Translations under genes and position numbers: made by a program
Assembly (NCBI GenBank): GCA_013265495.1
Contig: MU058802.1
Location: forward strand, 4,724 to 68,723
DNA from: Vicugna vicugna
Lineage: Eukaryota
Direction: 5' to 3'
DNA length: 64,000 nucleotides
Part shown: positions 52,243 through 64,000 of the stretch, in pieces
Position numbering within the stretch: the first letter of the stretch is position 1
Layout of the letters: each line of letters begins with the position of its first letter
The notes under the pieces: generated by a model
Database searches by the model: none
What the model was told of the DNA's origin: nothing
Seen by the model: the letters and a program-made list of their open reading frames with translations, nothing else

Positions 52243-55200
52243 ACACGAGCTAAGATATTTGTGCACATTTTTATTTTGTATGCTATTTTTTTTTTTGCTA
52301 ACTTCCATGTGTTCTTAAATTCCATTTTGGCAAGTAATACTTTGAACTCATCTGCAAACAATAGATACTTGCCACACTGCTTGCCTCTGAGTTATCACTC
52401 AGTGAAATACAGTGAAATATAGTTGAATATATGGTTACTCAGTTAAATATGGTTAAATTAATGAGTTAAATGAATACAAGTCAAGTAGAATAAAAAGATA
52501 GTACATATTTCCTGAGATGCCAGAGGTTTTTAATTACAAATTTTGCTTTGGTAGTTACCAAGTAATAGATTAAAAACTAATTACCACCCAGGCCCTAAAA
52601 GATTGTAATATAATCAATAGTCAAGCAGAAAGGAATTGGAATTTTACACATTCCATCAACACATGGGAAAATTTATTTGGTTGTCAAAATATTACTTCTC
52701 ACCATCCACAAAATCATGTTATTTTGATGGACCCTAGTATCTGCTCATATTTTGGTAAAATATTACTGTTGGAGAAAAATAAGTAACATGGTTTCTATGC
52801 ATAAGGGCAAAATTCTCTTGGGTCATAGCAATATCTACCTTCTAAAGTAATCAGCAGAAAGACAAGATGAGAAACTAAGTTGTCAAAGGGCAAATGTACA
52901 TGTTCTGACTAGTAAAAATGCACATAGGGAAAAATGCACTTACTTCATGTCTTCATACAGCACAGATGGAATTTTGAAGGAATTATATATTATTTAAAAG
53001 TCAAGTGTCATTCAATACTATATGAATAACTCTGTATAATTAATAAATGGATTTTCTCAGTGAACTATATGGCATATTATTGGTACAAGTTAAAAGTCAT
53101 GCAGAGTTTATAGATATACTTGTTTTTCTAACAAGTATGTTCTGCATGATTTCACAAAGAGCAAAAATCAGTGTTTCTTTCTGAAATTGATAAATTGTCA
53201 GAAAACTATAACTCACTTAGAAGTTTCACTAGTCTAAACAATTTTGGAGAGTAGGACAAAAATGTGCCAACATCTGTAGCAAAATATTTATTAAATGCAA
53301 TGCAATCTATTCATGCACTCAAGTATACCAAAGGAAATAGATATAGACTCTAGCCAAGGAACAGAAAAATGGAAGATTTCTAAAATTAATTTCTATTCTA
53401 ATAACTTTTCAGTTAAAAAAAATTACAGAAGTCACAATATATAGCATGCCATAATGTGTCATAGGCAATGTTTTGGATTTATACATATTGATTAAATAAA
53501 ATTAAACATAAAAATTTGTTTATAGTTTTTACAGTAAATTGTTTCATTTTTCCACTGTTGTCTACTTCCTTAGCATAGCTATAAATATACAGTTGTACAG
53601 AATTTAACTATATTGCCGAGTTCTTGACTGTAAAAGAATACTCTACTTGCTCAATAACTTGCTAATCAGTTTGTTAATTTTTATTTCCAATTTGCATATA
53701 ATAAACTCACCTAATGATCATCATGCAATGCTTTGAGTTCTATGTGCCTAATTTTGTGCTTATTTTGCCATATTCAACTCATTTTGGCATGCCAACTCTG
53801 AAAACTGGGCTTGTGTTCTGTGTTTTATAAATGAAGTTTGTAACTGAGGTTAATATAGACTGTTGAACGTCAAACCACCAGTAAGTGTGTTGAAGCCAGA
53901 ACTGAAAATAGGTATGGCCTGCTTAACACTGGAGACATATCACAATCTAAGCTCAGAAAACTGTACCCCAATTTTCTTTATTTTCCCCTCAGCTATCCAA
54001 AACTTGTGTTAGGATTATCACATAGGACATGTGGAAAGAAGAAGTTAAGGGGCAAGCAACCTCATGTTTGTAGTTCATCTACATAGGAACATGAGAATTA
54101 CTGAATTGGGTGGTGTTATCAATTTTATGATAAAAATTTGGATATGGAAAAAGACATATGTAAATTCCTAATTCCTGTAACTATTTTTAGTGATGTAACT
54201 AATGAACGTAGTCATTCTTCAAACCTTCAGTTACATTTATTTCATACCAGTCAAACAATTACCCAATTTGCCAAGCTGGACTACATGCAAAGACAAATAT
54301 TCTGGTAGGATTTTCTGAGCAGAATTTAGTTCTTTGTTTAACATCAAAAAAATTAATATTCAAGAATTAAAATCAAAGCATTAAAGGAAATGGATAGGAA
54401 TAGTCATTGTGCAATTCTAATTCAGTCGTGGCTGCTGCCTTTCACCAAAGGAATAAAAAAGAAATTAACGTATTTCCCCCAATGGTCTAGAGATTCATTT
54501 CCCTAACTTTATAAAATAATGGAAAGCTTTCAAAGACTGGTTCAATTTTTGAGTCAATATTTGGACTGATTTTACAGACATTAAAAATACTGCAAAAATA
54601 TCTTTTCACATTACGTTTTTCTAACTCAAAGTATGTAAGTTGGTGGGTAGAAGATGTTAAGAAAACGGGTCTGCATTTTCTCATTGTCAACCATCACATT
54701 TCCAGGGCTCAAAAAGACAACAGAGTCCAACCTGCTAAATTCACCAGGGACTCAAGCTGGCTGAGGTCTGAATGCCCTCCAGTGCCTACGAGAAAATTAA
54801 AGGAATTATGAAAAACACATTTCCTCACTCTTTCCAATGTCTCCCACCCATGAGAACCTTTCATCTTCTCCTCTAAGTTTCAGTTATCTCAACTTTCACT
54901 TTCCAAAACTCCCCCCAACTTCCTCTAACATTCATTTTATTGTGACAGATCTGTCAGCCTGCCTGTGACTTCTGTCGATGCTTCAAGAATGAGTTTGAGA
55001 AAAGAAGGCATGGCTCATATTATTTCTTTTCTTCATCAGAAAATGGAAAGACGTACTGTTCACTGTTTCATTTTAAAATTTATGATATCTTAAGGGTGTG
55101 ACATGTGACATAATTTTACAGTTTGAATAATACTGATGAATCAACCATGAAATGTAACAGGATAGGCATAGCTAGGTAATATTGGTGTCAAAAGCCAGAG

Positions 55201-55689
55201 CAATGTATTCTGAGGAATTAAAATGATCACATTCTTTGGATCACACTATGATTTTCCTAGGGTGTGAAGAAATAAGAACTCCAACAATGGCACCTTTAAA
55301 AAAGTAGGCTACAATTTTCACAATGAACATTTCAATATTTGAAATCCTCCTTTCAGAGTTCCAATAATGCAAAACATATCTACAGAATAGTTTATTATAT
55401 AATTTTAGAATATGACCATAACATTCTTACTGAATGTGATAGTGGTATTTATCATATTTCTCTGGGCTAGACAAGGCTAACAGAATAAAGAAAAGACCAA
55501 TTTAACCCGCATAATCTCAGAATGTTTTACTAATGCAATAGAGCATAGAAGTTGATAGACAAATATGGGTTAAAAAAAACTCCAAGAAAGGAGCAATATC
55601 ATACTTTTATTTAGCCCACACTTGTGGACTTTAAATGGACTTTAATTTTAGAAAAAATTTAATTTAATTAAAGTTAAATTTAATTTAAA

Positions 55690-55987
55690 TGGACTTTATA
55701 TTTAGAATAATTTTAGATTGATAGAAACATAAACATGAAGATAGTACAGAGAGCTGGCAGATTCTCCACGCCCAGTTTACTTTATTTTTAACATTTTACA
55801 ATGGTACGTTATGACTTTTACAAATACTGAAGAAATATTGATACTTTATTATTAACAAGTCTGTATTTTATTCAGATTTCCTTAATTGCCATATAAGGCC
55901 CTTTTCCTGTTCCACCATCTCACTGTACTTCACATTTATTGGTCATGTCTCGTTAGAGTCCTCTTGGCTATGACAGTTTCTCGGACC
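55690..55987 (-). mobile_element. L1MC/MD-type 3' end
   Basis: GACTTTATATTTAGAATAATTTTAGATT...GAAGATAGTACAGAGAG...CTCTTGGCTATGACAGTTTCTC; similar to 27060-27360. Confidence 0.75.
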
Positions 55988-56139
55988 AAGAGGAGCCACT
56001 TCTGGACTTGGCTGAAGGAATGGTGCAGCAGCTCGATACAATGGGCTTAGAGGCAAATATAATAAATTGTTGAGATGCTTGGTCTGGGGCTGAATGTGCT
56101 CCACGGGTAAGATATAATAAACCACCAGCTACTCAAGTG

Positions 56140-56660
56140 GAAACCAGCTGTTTGTGCAGAAACTGATATCTATTTTTGAAGTCCTTTCTCCCCATCTTCC
56201 TCCCCGGTACAATATTCAGCCTGGCACATGTTCTTCCAAAATAAGATCTCTATTCCCCAGCTTCTTTTGTGCTACATAAGTGCATAGGACTATATCCTGA
56301 TGAATCAAAAGTAAGTAGGATTATTGAGAGGCAGTTTCCAGAATCCTTCCTTAGAAAGTTCCTGGGAAATAACCTTTGTTTCTTTCCTTAAGTCCTGGTC
56401 TTTGTTCCTCTTCTTCCTGGAGCACGGTCCTAGTAGTGGACAGGGAGGGACGGCCACGTTGCGTAGGGTGGAGTGGTGAACACAACGTGATCCTGTGTCT
56501 CTGAGAATTCAATGTTGCGAAGCCTGCATGCCTGCTCTTACTTGCACCCCTTTAAACTTTTATTTTAGATACAAATGAAATTCTATTATTTTAAGCTGCA
56601 CTTATTCTGGGATACTTTTTTTCTTGTCATCTACAGTGTTGGCTATTCAAAACTAACACA
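56140..56660 (+). mobile_element. Old MaLR LTR (MLT1I/J-like)
   Basis: ATTCCCCAGCTTCTTTTG...TTCTATTATTTTAAGCTGCAC...AAACTAACACA. Confidence 0.55.
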
Positions 56661-59512
56661 GTTAATGAAGGCAGATATTAGTCACACAGATTAGACTGTG
56701 GGACATCATCCCCTGCTGGCTTCTTTTTCTATTAGTCCTTCTTACCTCAGTAGCACACACATGCTACTTGCAGATTAAACATGCCGGCTGACTTGTTCCT
56801 TGGACGGGAAGGGGAAGGTATCTCATGCAGTCTTACCTCTTGAGTAATGGTGGGAAAATGTGTCAGATTTAGCTCTACAAGGGGAAAGAGGCAAATATGC
56901 TCATGCTTAGCATGGTATAAGATATACAATCTCTCATCCCTGAAACAGGAGTAGACTTGTGTTTTTACTAGAATTCAGGAAACTGTGGTATATTAACATG
57001 TTAGGTGGCACACAGGGAAAACGTCTGACTCTTCACAGTTCTTGGCAGAGTAAACATAATGCAGCAAGTCATCAAATGCAGGAATAGCCTCTGCTAGTCT
57101 CCACACAAAGGCAACTCTCCCCAAGCAAGGATGAGCCGTCCTCTATTACTTGTCCAGAGGTCTCAGGGGAATCTGGAAATTAATGTTTCTCTAGCACATT
57201 CAGTGGGATCTCCTTACCCATGTGGCTGCAACTTCCTCCTTTCCTGTCAGGGACTGACACTTGCATAGGAACTTGCCTGGGCTGTAAATTCAACGAAGGT
57301 AGCCTTTGAACTCCTCTACTATTATTCCTCAGCCTGATTTTCCGTCGCTGTTGGCTCTCTGAACTGAAAGACGGAATCTTTCAATGCTTCTACAAAGCCC
57401 ATCTGACTTTCACACTGTCCCTTGAATTGTTTTTTGGCTGAACTGACCCTGCAAGTTATTTTTTTAAGTGTGTGAATGATAGTAAAGAAAAATTAACTTA
57501 CTTCGCTGACATTATAGTTCACTGTCCCTGATAATTCTCTTATTTTTTGACAGTTCTAAAATTAACTCACTGGAGAGTTATTTCCTTCTACCTGAATGCC
57601 CTTTAACTCAACTCAAGTGAGAGTCATATTAAATGTGATGCTGCTTGAGAAAGAAGAAGGTAGATTTTGTTTTTTTTAATCCACCAAATTTTTGTCAGTC
57701 ATTGATTAAACCCATGGCACTTCCAGATTTCCCTGCAAGCAGCCAGATTCAGGTGGCCAGAACAGACATCAGACAAAGATGTGTAGGCACTGGCATTTAG
57801 ATGTCTAATGTACAGAAAAAATAAAAATCATAGTAAGTTCCAGGGATATTGGTAAGATACTGGCAGTGTCTCTTACTTCTAGAAAGGTCCTTCACATTAA
57901 CATTGTAAAAGCATTTGTTTTTCTAAGGCACAACTGAAGCACACAATGACAAATTGATCCTTGAATCAGCTGAACTTATTTTATTTACTAGGAGTCACTA
58001 AAAGACTGCTTAGTTTAGTGCATTTCCTTTAACACTGAAGTGAATGAAAGAAAAACAAATGTTTTTTAATAACACAGTCTAATATTTACTGAAAATGGAG
58101 ATGAAAAGCCATAAAAGATAAAAGTAAAATAAAAACCATTTTAGAAGTAATCTCACTGTATGAAACTGGTTAAGTAAAGTATAAAAGTGCCAAGTGGTTT
58201 AACATCCTTGAGTTACAAATGTTAATTAGTTGGAAATGTTTCATTATGGAACATTAAGAAAAGTACTAATGGTAGAATAATTTGAAAGTTCAGGATCACA
58301 TGATTCTCAAAGAGGGGAAGCCAACCCACCCTGTGACTTAAGAGTCAGATAACTAAGGCTGAGAATTACTGCTATAGTTAAAACTGGGTGGCATTTTCTA
58401 AAGTATAAAGGCAAGTGTATGGTTACACGTGAATCAGTGAAAGTTGCAAACCTTAAACTGGGTGGAATTCAGAAGACTTGATGGATTTTTTTCAGTTTTT
58501 GACTAAGCAGTGCTGGGAAGTTTACATTTTAGGACCAGTAATATCTCACTAACTCAACAACATTGTATGAAATGCACATAATGTAACATTTGAGATACAA
58601 AGGTGTAATGATACAGAAAAGATTATCATATAAAGGTAAAAAATGTCACCTTATAAAACACAGGAGGTCTTTATCATTACACTTTAATTACATTATTACA
58701 AAGAGAAGAGGCAGAGAGCATAAAATTCTTTTGAAATTTCATTAGTTTAATTAATTTAGCATATGTTCACTTTAAAGTAGATGCTCAAGGCAAGACTTCA
58801 TCAAATATTTTGAATACAAAGTTTATAAAATAAATTCCACATAGGAACAAATACTTTCTCTCATATTTTTAATGTGGATGACCAAGTTCACAAACTACTC
58901 ACTCTACTTCCTTGTTTAAGACTTTAAAAAAATTGGCATTTTAATGCTTTTGAAGAAGGACTGGGTCCTGCATTTGACATATTCTAGACAGGGCCACATA
59001 TTTTCTGGTTTGTAGGTAGTTTTATTCATGGATATAAATTTAGTTGATGTTACTCACATTGATTGTAGTCTCATAATTTTTTTTCCTCTCATGATGAAGA
59101 AAAATATGTATGGAAAAAATACATGAAACACATGTAAACAGTTGAACCAAAAATTGTAATGCAAGCACTCATTAAACCAAAACCGTATCCATGAGTAAAG
59201 CATTGCCTCCATCCCCCAGTCACTGACGTACCTTCCAAAGTCAAAACCAATAAATCCACTGTAGAAGCAACCAAAGTAACCAGTTATATTGACTTAGTTA
59301 GTTTTAAAGTTTAAGATATAAATATACATTCAACTATATATTCCATATTGTACATAGATACATATTGTATAGTTTAGAATTTTTGACTTATTAATTATAT
59401 AGTAGTCACAAAATACACACTCTAAGTTTCAATCTTTTAAAATAGTTGAGACAATGTAGTATCTGATCAATTATTGTTTTTGTTTTTTGTTTTTTTAAGA
59501 AGCTGTTCACCT

Positions 59513-61630
59513 TTTTAAAAGCAGTTTTTTTGAGATATAATTTACACTGTATAATTCACCCACTTAAAATGTACAATTCAATATTTTTCAGTATATCTAT
59601 GTGCCTGTCTCACCCTATTGATAACCAGTGTTGTGGTTGGACCAAACCTTGTGGTTCTTATGAGTGCAACACACCCTTCAGCAATAGCCACCAGAAAACT
59701 TTGGGGGAAGAAAAAAAAACTGGTTTACTACTTACAAGTTCTAGAAATTACACGGTACTCCTGGGGCCACATGGTTAGATCCTGGGGAGAGAAAAAGAGA
59801 GTAGAGAAATAAAGAGAGAGAAAGCACCTGGCATTCCACTTTTATTGGGGTGAGGACACAGGTTTTCAAAATGGGAGGACAAGTATTCAAGTGATCACTC
59901 TGTATTGGTGAATTTAAGACGTGAAAGTAGGAATTTAAAACACAGAGAAAAAAACAAGTGACTCAAGTGGTTAATTATCAAAGTCAACCAGATCTCCAAG
60001 ACAAAGAAGCCTAAGGGAGGAAGGTGGCTGATAATATGTTTATTCAAGATAGCCATCTTTGAAGAGGGTGTCTGTTTGATGTGGCTGCCTCCACAACCAA
60101 AGCTTAGTTAAGTCTGGCACAACTCTCAGGGCTTACACCACAGTTCATAAATAAGTGCAACCAGCACCATCAGCAGTTTTGGAACATGTTCCTCACCTCC
60201 AGAAGAAACCCTCAACCTTCAGCTGTCACCTCACTACACACTGCCCCATTGCCCACTAAGCAATGACTAGTCTTGTCCTGCCTCTATAGCTTTCCCTTTT
60301 CTAGACTTTTATATGAATGGACTCATATAGTATATGACTTTGTGATTGGCTTCCTTCCCTTAGCATGGTATTTTCAAAGTTTATCCATATTGTTGCATGT
60401 ATCAATACTTCATTCATTTTTATCATCGAATAATATTTCATTGTATGGATTTACCATATTTTCTTTATCCACTCAGCCATTAATGGATATTTAGATTGTT
60501 CTTATTTTTGACTAATATGAATAATGCTGCTATAAATATTCCTAGTTTCCATGTGCACAAATTTTTGTTGCTCTAGAATATATATATTTAGAAGTTTAAA
60601 TCCTCTTGGGTATGTGTTTAGGAGTAGAATTGTTAGATCATAAATAAATCTATGTTTAATCATATGAAGAACTGTCAGACTTTTTCATCGCAGCCACACC
60701 AGTTTTTATTCCCACCAGCAACTTGTGACGGTTCCGATTTCTCTACATCTTTGCCAACACTTGTTAAATGACTCTTATTCTAGCTTTCCTAGTGGGTATG
60801 CAGCAGTATAGCATTGTGGTTTAGACTTATATACCTTGGTGAATAATGATGTCAAGAATCTTTTTATATACTATTGGTTATTTATATATTTTCCTAAGAA
60901 ATGAGCATTTAGATTCTTTGTCCAATTTTTAATTGGGTTACCTGTCTTTTTTACTTAGTTATAAGAATTCTTTATATAGTCTCATAAATCTCTTATCAGA
61001 TAGGTAATTTCTCCCATTCTATAGTTTGTTCTTCTTTTTTACTTTCTTGATGGTATCCTTTGAAGAACAGAAGTTTTAATTTTAAGAAAATGTATTTATC
61101 TATTGTGTCCTTTCTTGCTTGTGCTTTATGATGTTACGTGTCAGAATCCTTTGTCAAATCCAAGATCATAAATACTTTGCCCTAAGTTTTCTTCTAAGAG
61201 TATTATAGTTTTTTGATCTACTTTGAGTTGATTTTTATATATGCTTTGAGATAAGAATCAAGTTCATTTTTCCCTTGAAACATTTGGGTTTTTTTAGAAT
61301 CTTTTGTTGAGAAGACTATTCTTTCAACATTGGATTAAATTGGTACTCGTGAAAAATCACTGGATCATAAGAGTATGAGTTTATTTCTTGACATTAATTC
61401 TATTCCATTGATGTATATGTCTTTCTGTGTGTCAGTAGAACACTTTGTAGATAATTGTTTCTTTGTAGCCAGTTTTGAAATTGAGAAGTACTAGTTATTC
61501 TACCTTCCTCTACTCTCTTAGGACTACTTTAGCTGTTCTTGGTCTCTTGCAGTTCCATATGAATTTTAAAATCGAGTGTCAATTTATACAAAAAAAATCA
61601 GCTGAGTTTTTGATAGAAATTCTTAAAATG
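59513..61630 (-). mobile_element. L1MB-type element (3' UTR and ORF2), interrupted by an LTR
   Basis: TTGAGATATAATTTACACTGTATAATTCACCCACTTAAAATGTACAATTC, resuming GTGCAACCAGCACC at about 60155; TTCCCACCAGCAA; TTGCAGTTCCATATGAATTTTA. Confidence 0.9.
59629..60142 (-). mobile_element. ERV LTR of 514 bp (family unassigned) nested in the L1MB
   Basis: Minus strand TGTGGTGTAAGCCC...CAACCACAACA (TG...CA); interrupts a continuous L1MB 3' UTR. Confidence 0.7.
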
Positions 61631-61929
61631 TAAAAAAGGCAACATATTGGATTTTGATTCAGTTAGATGTTGCTGGTCATTATTTTAATATGTGTGAGAA
61701 AACTCACAGACCATAATTGTTCACAAAAATCCTACCTCAATCCTATGCAATAAAGTTGAAGGGCTCCCAGGGCAAAAATCCAACAGATAGATTGTGACAG
61801 CTGTGGTAGATTCAACCTGTGACTAAAATAGGAAAATTGTATGGTACCTTCAATCCATCAAGCCCTCATCAAATTAACTCTATTTAAATCAATGATTTTT
61901 AATAGGCAGAATTTTTGAAATTCAGTTAG

Positions 61930-62260
61930 CCTGTTTCATGCCTTTTTTAATGGTATCTACTCCTCCATAGTGTATTTTTAAATTTAGATATTCTATCTCT
62001 TCTGCTTACTGAAGTCATCTGGCTGAATTTCTCTACCTGATCTTCCAGGTCATTAATTTGATCTTTGCCAAACATTTCACTTCTCAATCCAACCACTGAG
62101 TTCTTTATATCAAGTTCTATATTGTATACATTCTGTACCCAATGTGTACTTTATAACTACTAATTCTTACTTCACCATTTCAGTATCAGACTGGATTTCC
62201 TTGAGGATGTTCACATGCCTGTTTTTAATCACATGACAGATAATTTCTCTTTTGAATATT
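61930..62260 (-). mobile_element. Decayed L1/HAL1 ORF1-region fragment
   Basis: AATTTCTCTACCTGATCTTCCAGGTCATTAATT...AATCCAACCACTGAGTTCTTTAT. Confidence 0.45.
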
Positions 62261-62859
62261 TATTTCTTTTGAGGTAAAAGGGACCTTGGTGTTTGAAATA
62301 TATCTCGGTTAAGAATGAAAGCTCAAGACGTAGTTTTTGCCCCTCCTGGCGAGGCAGGGAGTACTTCTGGTGTTTGGGCTTGCTTTAGATTTGGAAACCT
62401 CAGTTATACTTATTATAAAATGAAAAGATAGATGCAGGAAAGATTTTTTTTTAAGAATTCATGAAGCTTACAGATGCTTTTGACTATATTAAAGACATTA
62501 CATGAGTATTTTAATGCTGGATTAGTGATTAGTACACTAAGATATTATTTTAATACAAGAAAGTTGTATGTACGTGGGAAAGAGTACAGGGCAATGTATG
62601 AGGGGTACTAGTTAATGTTCGTTGTTTCAAGTCAATGTGGTTGAGAACTCAAAACACAAAATATAGCCAGCTAACATGATACTGAAAATATAAAAACAAA
62701 AATCACATGGAACATAAAAATAATTAAGCAGTTACTCATCTGAAAAGCAAAAATTGAAGATCACAAGCAGTGTCTGTAATTTTATACCTTAAAGCTTTCT
62801 GTTAGTATTTTATTATTATACAAGCATTTATATCATTACTCTAATAAAAATATGTACTT

Positions 62860-63380
62860 TCTAGTTTGAAAGGACATCAATTAATGTAGATTCATAGAGT
62901 CCATCATATGCCAGGCAAAAATCAATGAAAAGGAACCATATCTGATAGATTTTTAATTCTTAAGTAATATTTATTCCACACCAATAGTGAGATAAAATTA
63001 AGAACATCAAAACAGCAAAGTCTTAGAATAAAGTAACATGCAAAAAGCACTGAACTAATTCTAATACAAATGGCTGAATATTTTATATAAATCTATTTAA
63101 TAATGTATATGACAGATGTACATTGTTGACAGATACACTGTAGTAAGAAAAAATCCATAATGACTATAAAAATTAGCTATAAAAATTTAGGACAGATGGA
63201 ATATAAAATATAATAAACTTCTTGTTGGGTAAAGGATGAAATAAAACAACTTTTCAATCTCAACCCTGAATATTCAATAAAGAAACATCAAAGTAGTTTT
63301 TTTTTAAGTAAACAGAAGCACAGTTTAAGACAGAGTATGTATGTTTCAAATGTTTGAGGAAGAACAAATGAAATTTAATG
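62860..63380 (+). mobile_element. Decayed L1/HAL1 ORF1 C-terminal fragment
   Basis: GAAAGGACATCAA...GTAGATTCATAGAGTCCATCATATGCCAGGCAAAAATCAATGAAAA. Confidence 0.4.
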
Positions 63381-64000
63381 AAAAATGTGACAAAAAATTT
63401 ATATGTGTGTGTAGGAGGTGTGTGTGTGTTTTGTTTCTTTTTGATTATTTATCCTATATGTGTGTATGTGTATAAAATAAAAATTAATTCCTGAGGATAA
63501 AAGAATAAATATATCTGGTTATTCTAGATACATGGGCTATAATGTTACAAAAGCACATCTATTATTTTTCATAAATATTCAGAAAAAGTCCAAATTATTC
63601 AGAAAAGAGCAAAAATAAAATTTTACAAGTAAATGTGGGTTGTTTCAAGTATAAATAATACATGTAATTTTGTGGAAGTACAATTAAATTTTTATTTATT
63701 TTTTCTTAAAAAAACAATATATGCGACTAGAATGGGGAACTAAAACATAGGAGATTTTTGTATATATATTTCTAGATTAATATATCAATTAAAAGGATTG
63801 GTTTCTAAAGTACATGACAAAAAAATTAAGTCAGAATAGGAATATTATAATTGATAAAAAAAAGTAAATTAATTTTTAAAGAACTACTTCAAAATAAGGA
63901 TTTGGCTAAAATTGATCCATGGTCACCTCTCCTTGTTTTTAAGACCTCTAAGGAATCATAATCCCCAGAACATGTGTATCAGCTACATTATGGAAATAAA

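Noticed and set aside
52396..52475. Degenerate 10-bp repeat (CAGTGAAATA/TAGTTGAATA/TGGTTAAATT)
   Set aside because: Low-complexity expansion, probably at a decayed L2 tail; no sign of function.
57215..57360. Minus-strand open frame between CAG and GTAAGG (SQQRRKIRLRNNSRG...)
   Set aside because: Peptide unrecognised and splice sites moderate; indistinguishable from chance without RNA data.
503..60494. ORF-track ORFs as protein-coding genes
   Set aside because: All are 60-128 aa, many with non-ATG starts, compositionally biased or inside repeats; only L1 ORF2 remnants are recognisable.

Overview
AT-rich (roughly one-third GC by eye), CpG-depleted mammalian genomic DNA, most likely from a camelid. 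The species call rests on a tRNA-Ala-derived vic-1-type SINE and young camelid-type L1 3' ends, recognised from recalled consensus sequences, not a database search. I recognise no protein-coding gene, functional RNA gene, CpG island or prokaryotic feature; the ORF track is mostly noise or repeat-derived. The window looks like a gene desert or the interior of a very large intron. A large part of it is interspersed repeats: L1 of several ages, HAL1, L2, MIR, MaLR/ERVL/ERV1 LTRs, and hAT and Tigger MITEs. The best second-look items are two L1 copies with multiple internal deletions (one in-frame, with an intact TSD), a twin-priming inverted L1, a four-piece LTR mosaic, a consensus CTCF core, a palindrome- and homeodomain-rich candidate conserved element, and a few candidate non-coding exons. 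I found no convincing new biological system. Repeat boundaries and subfamily names are approximate.
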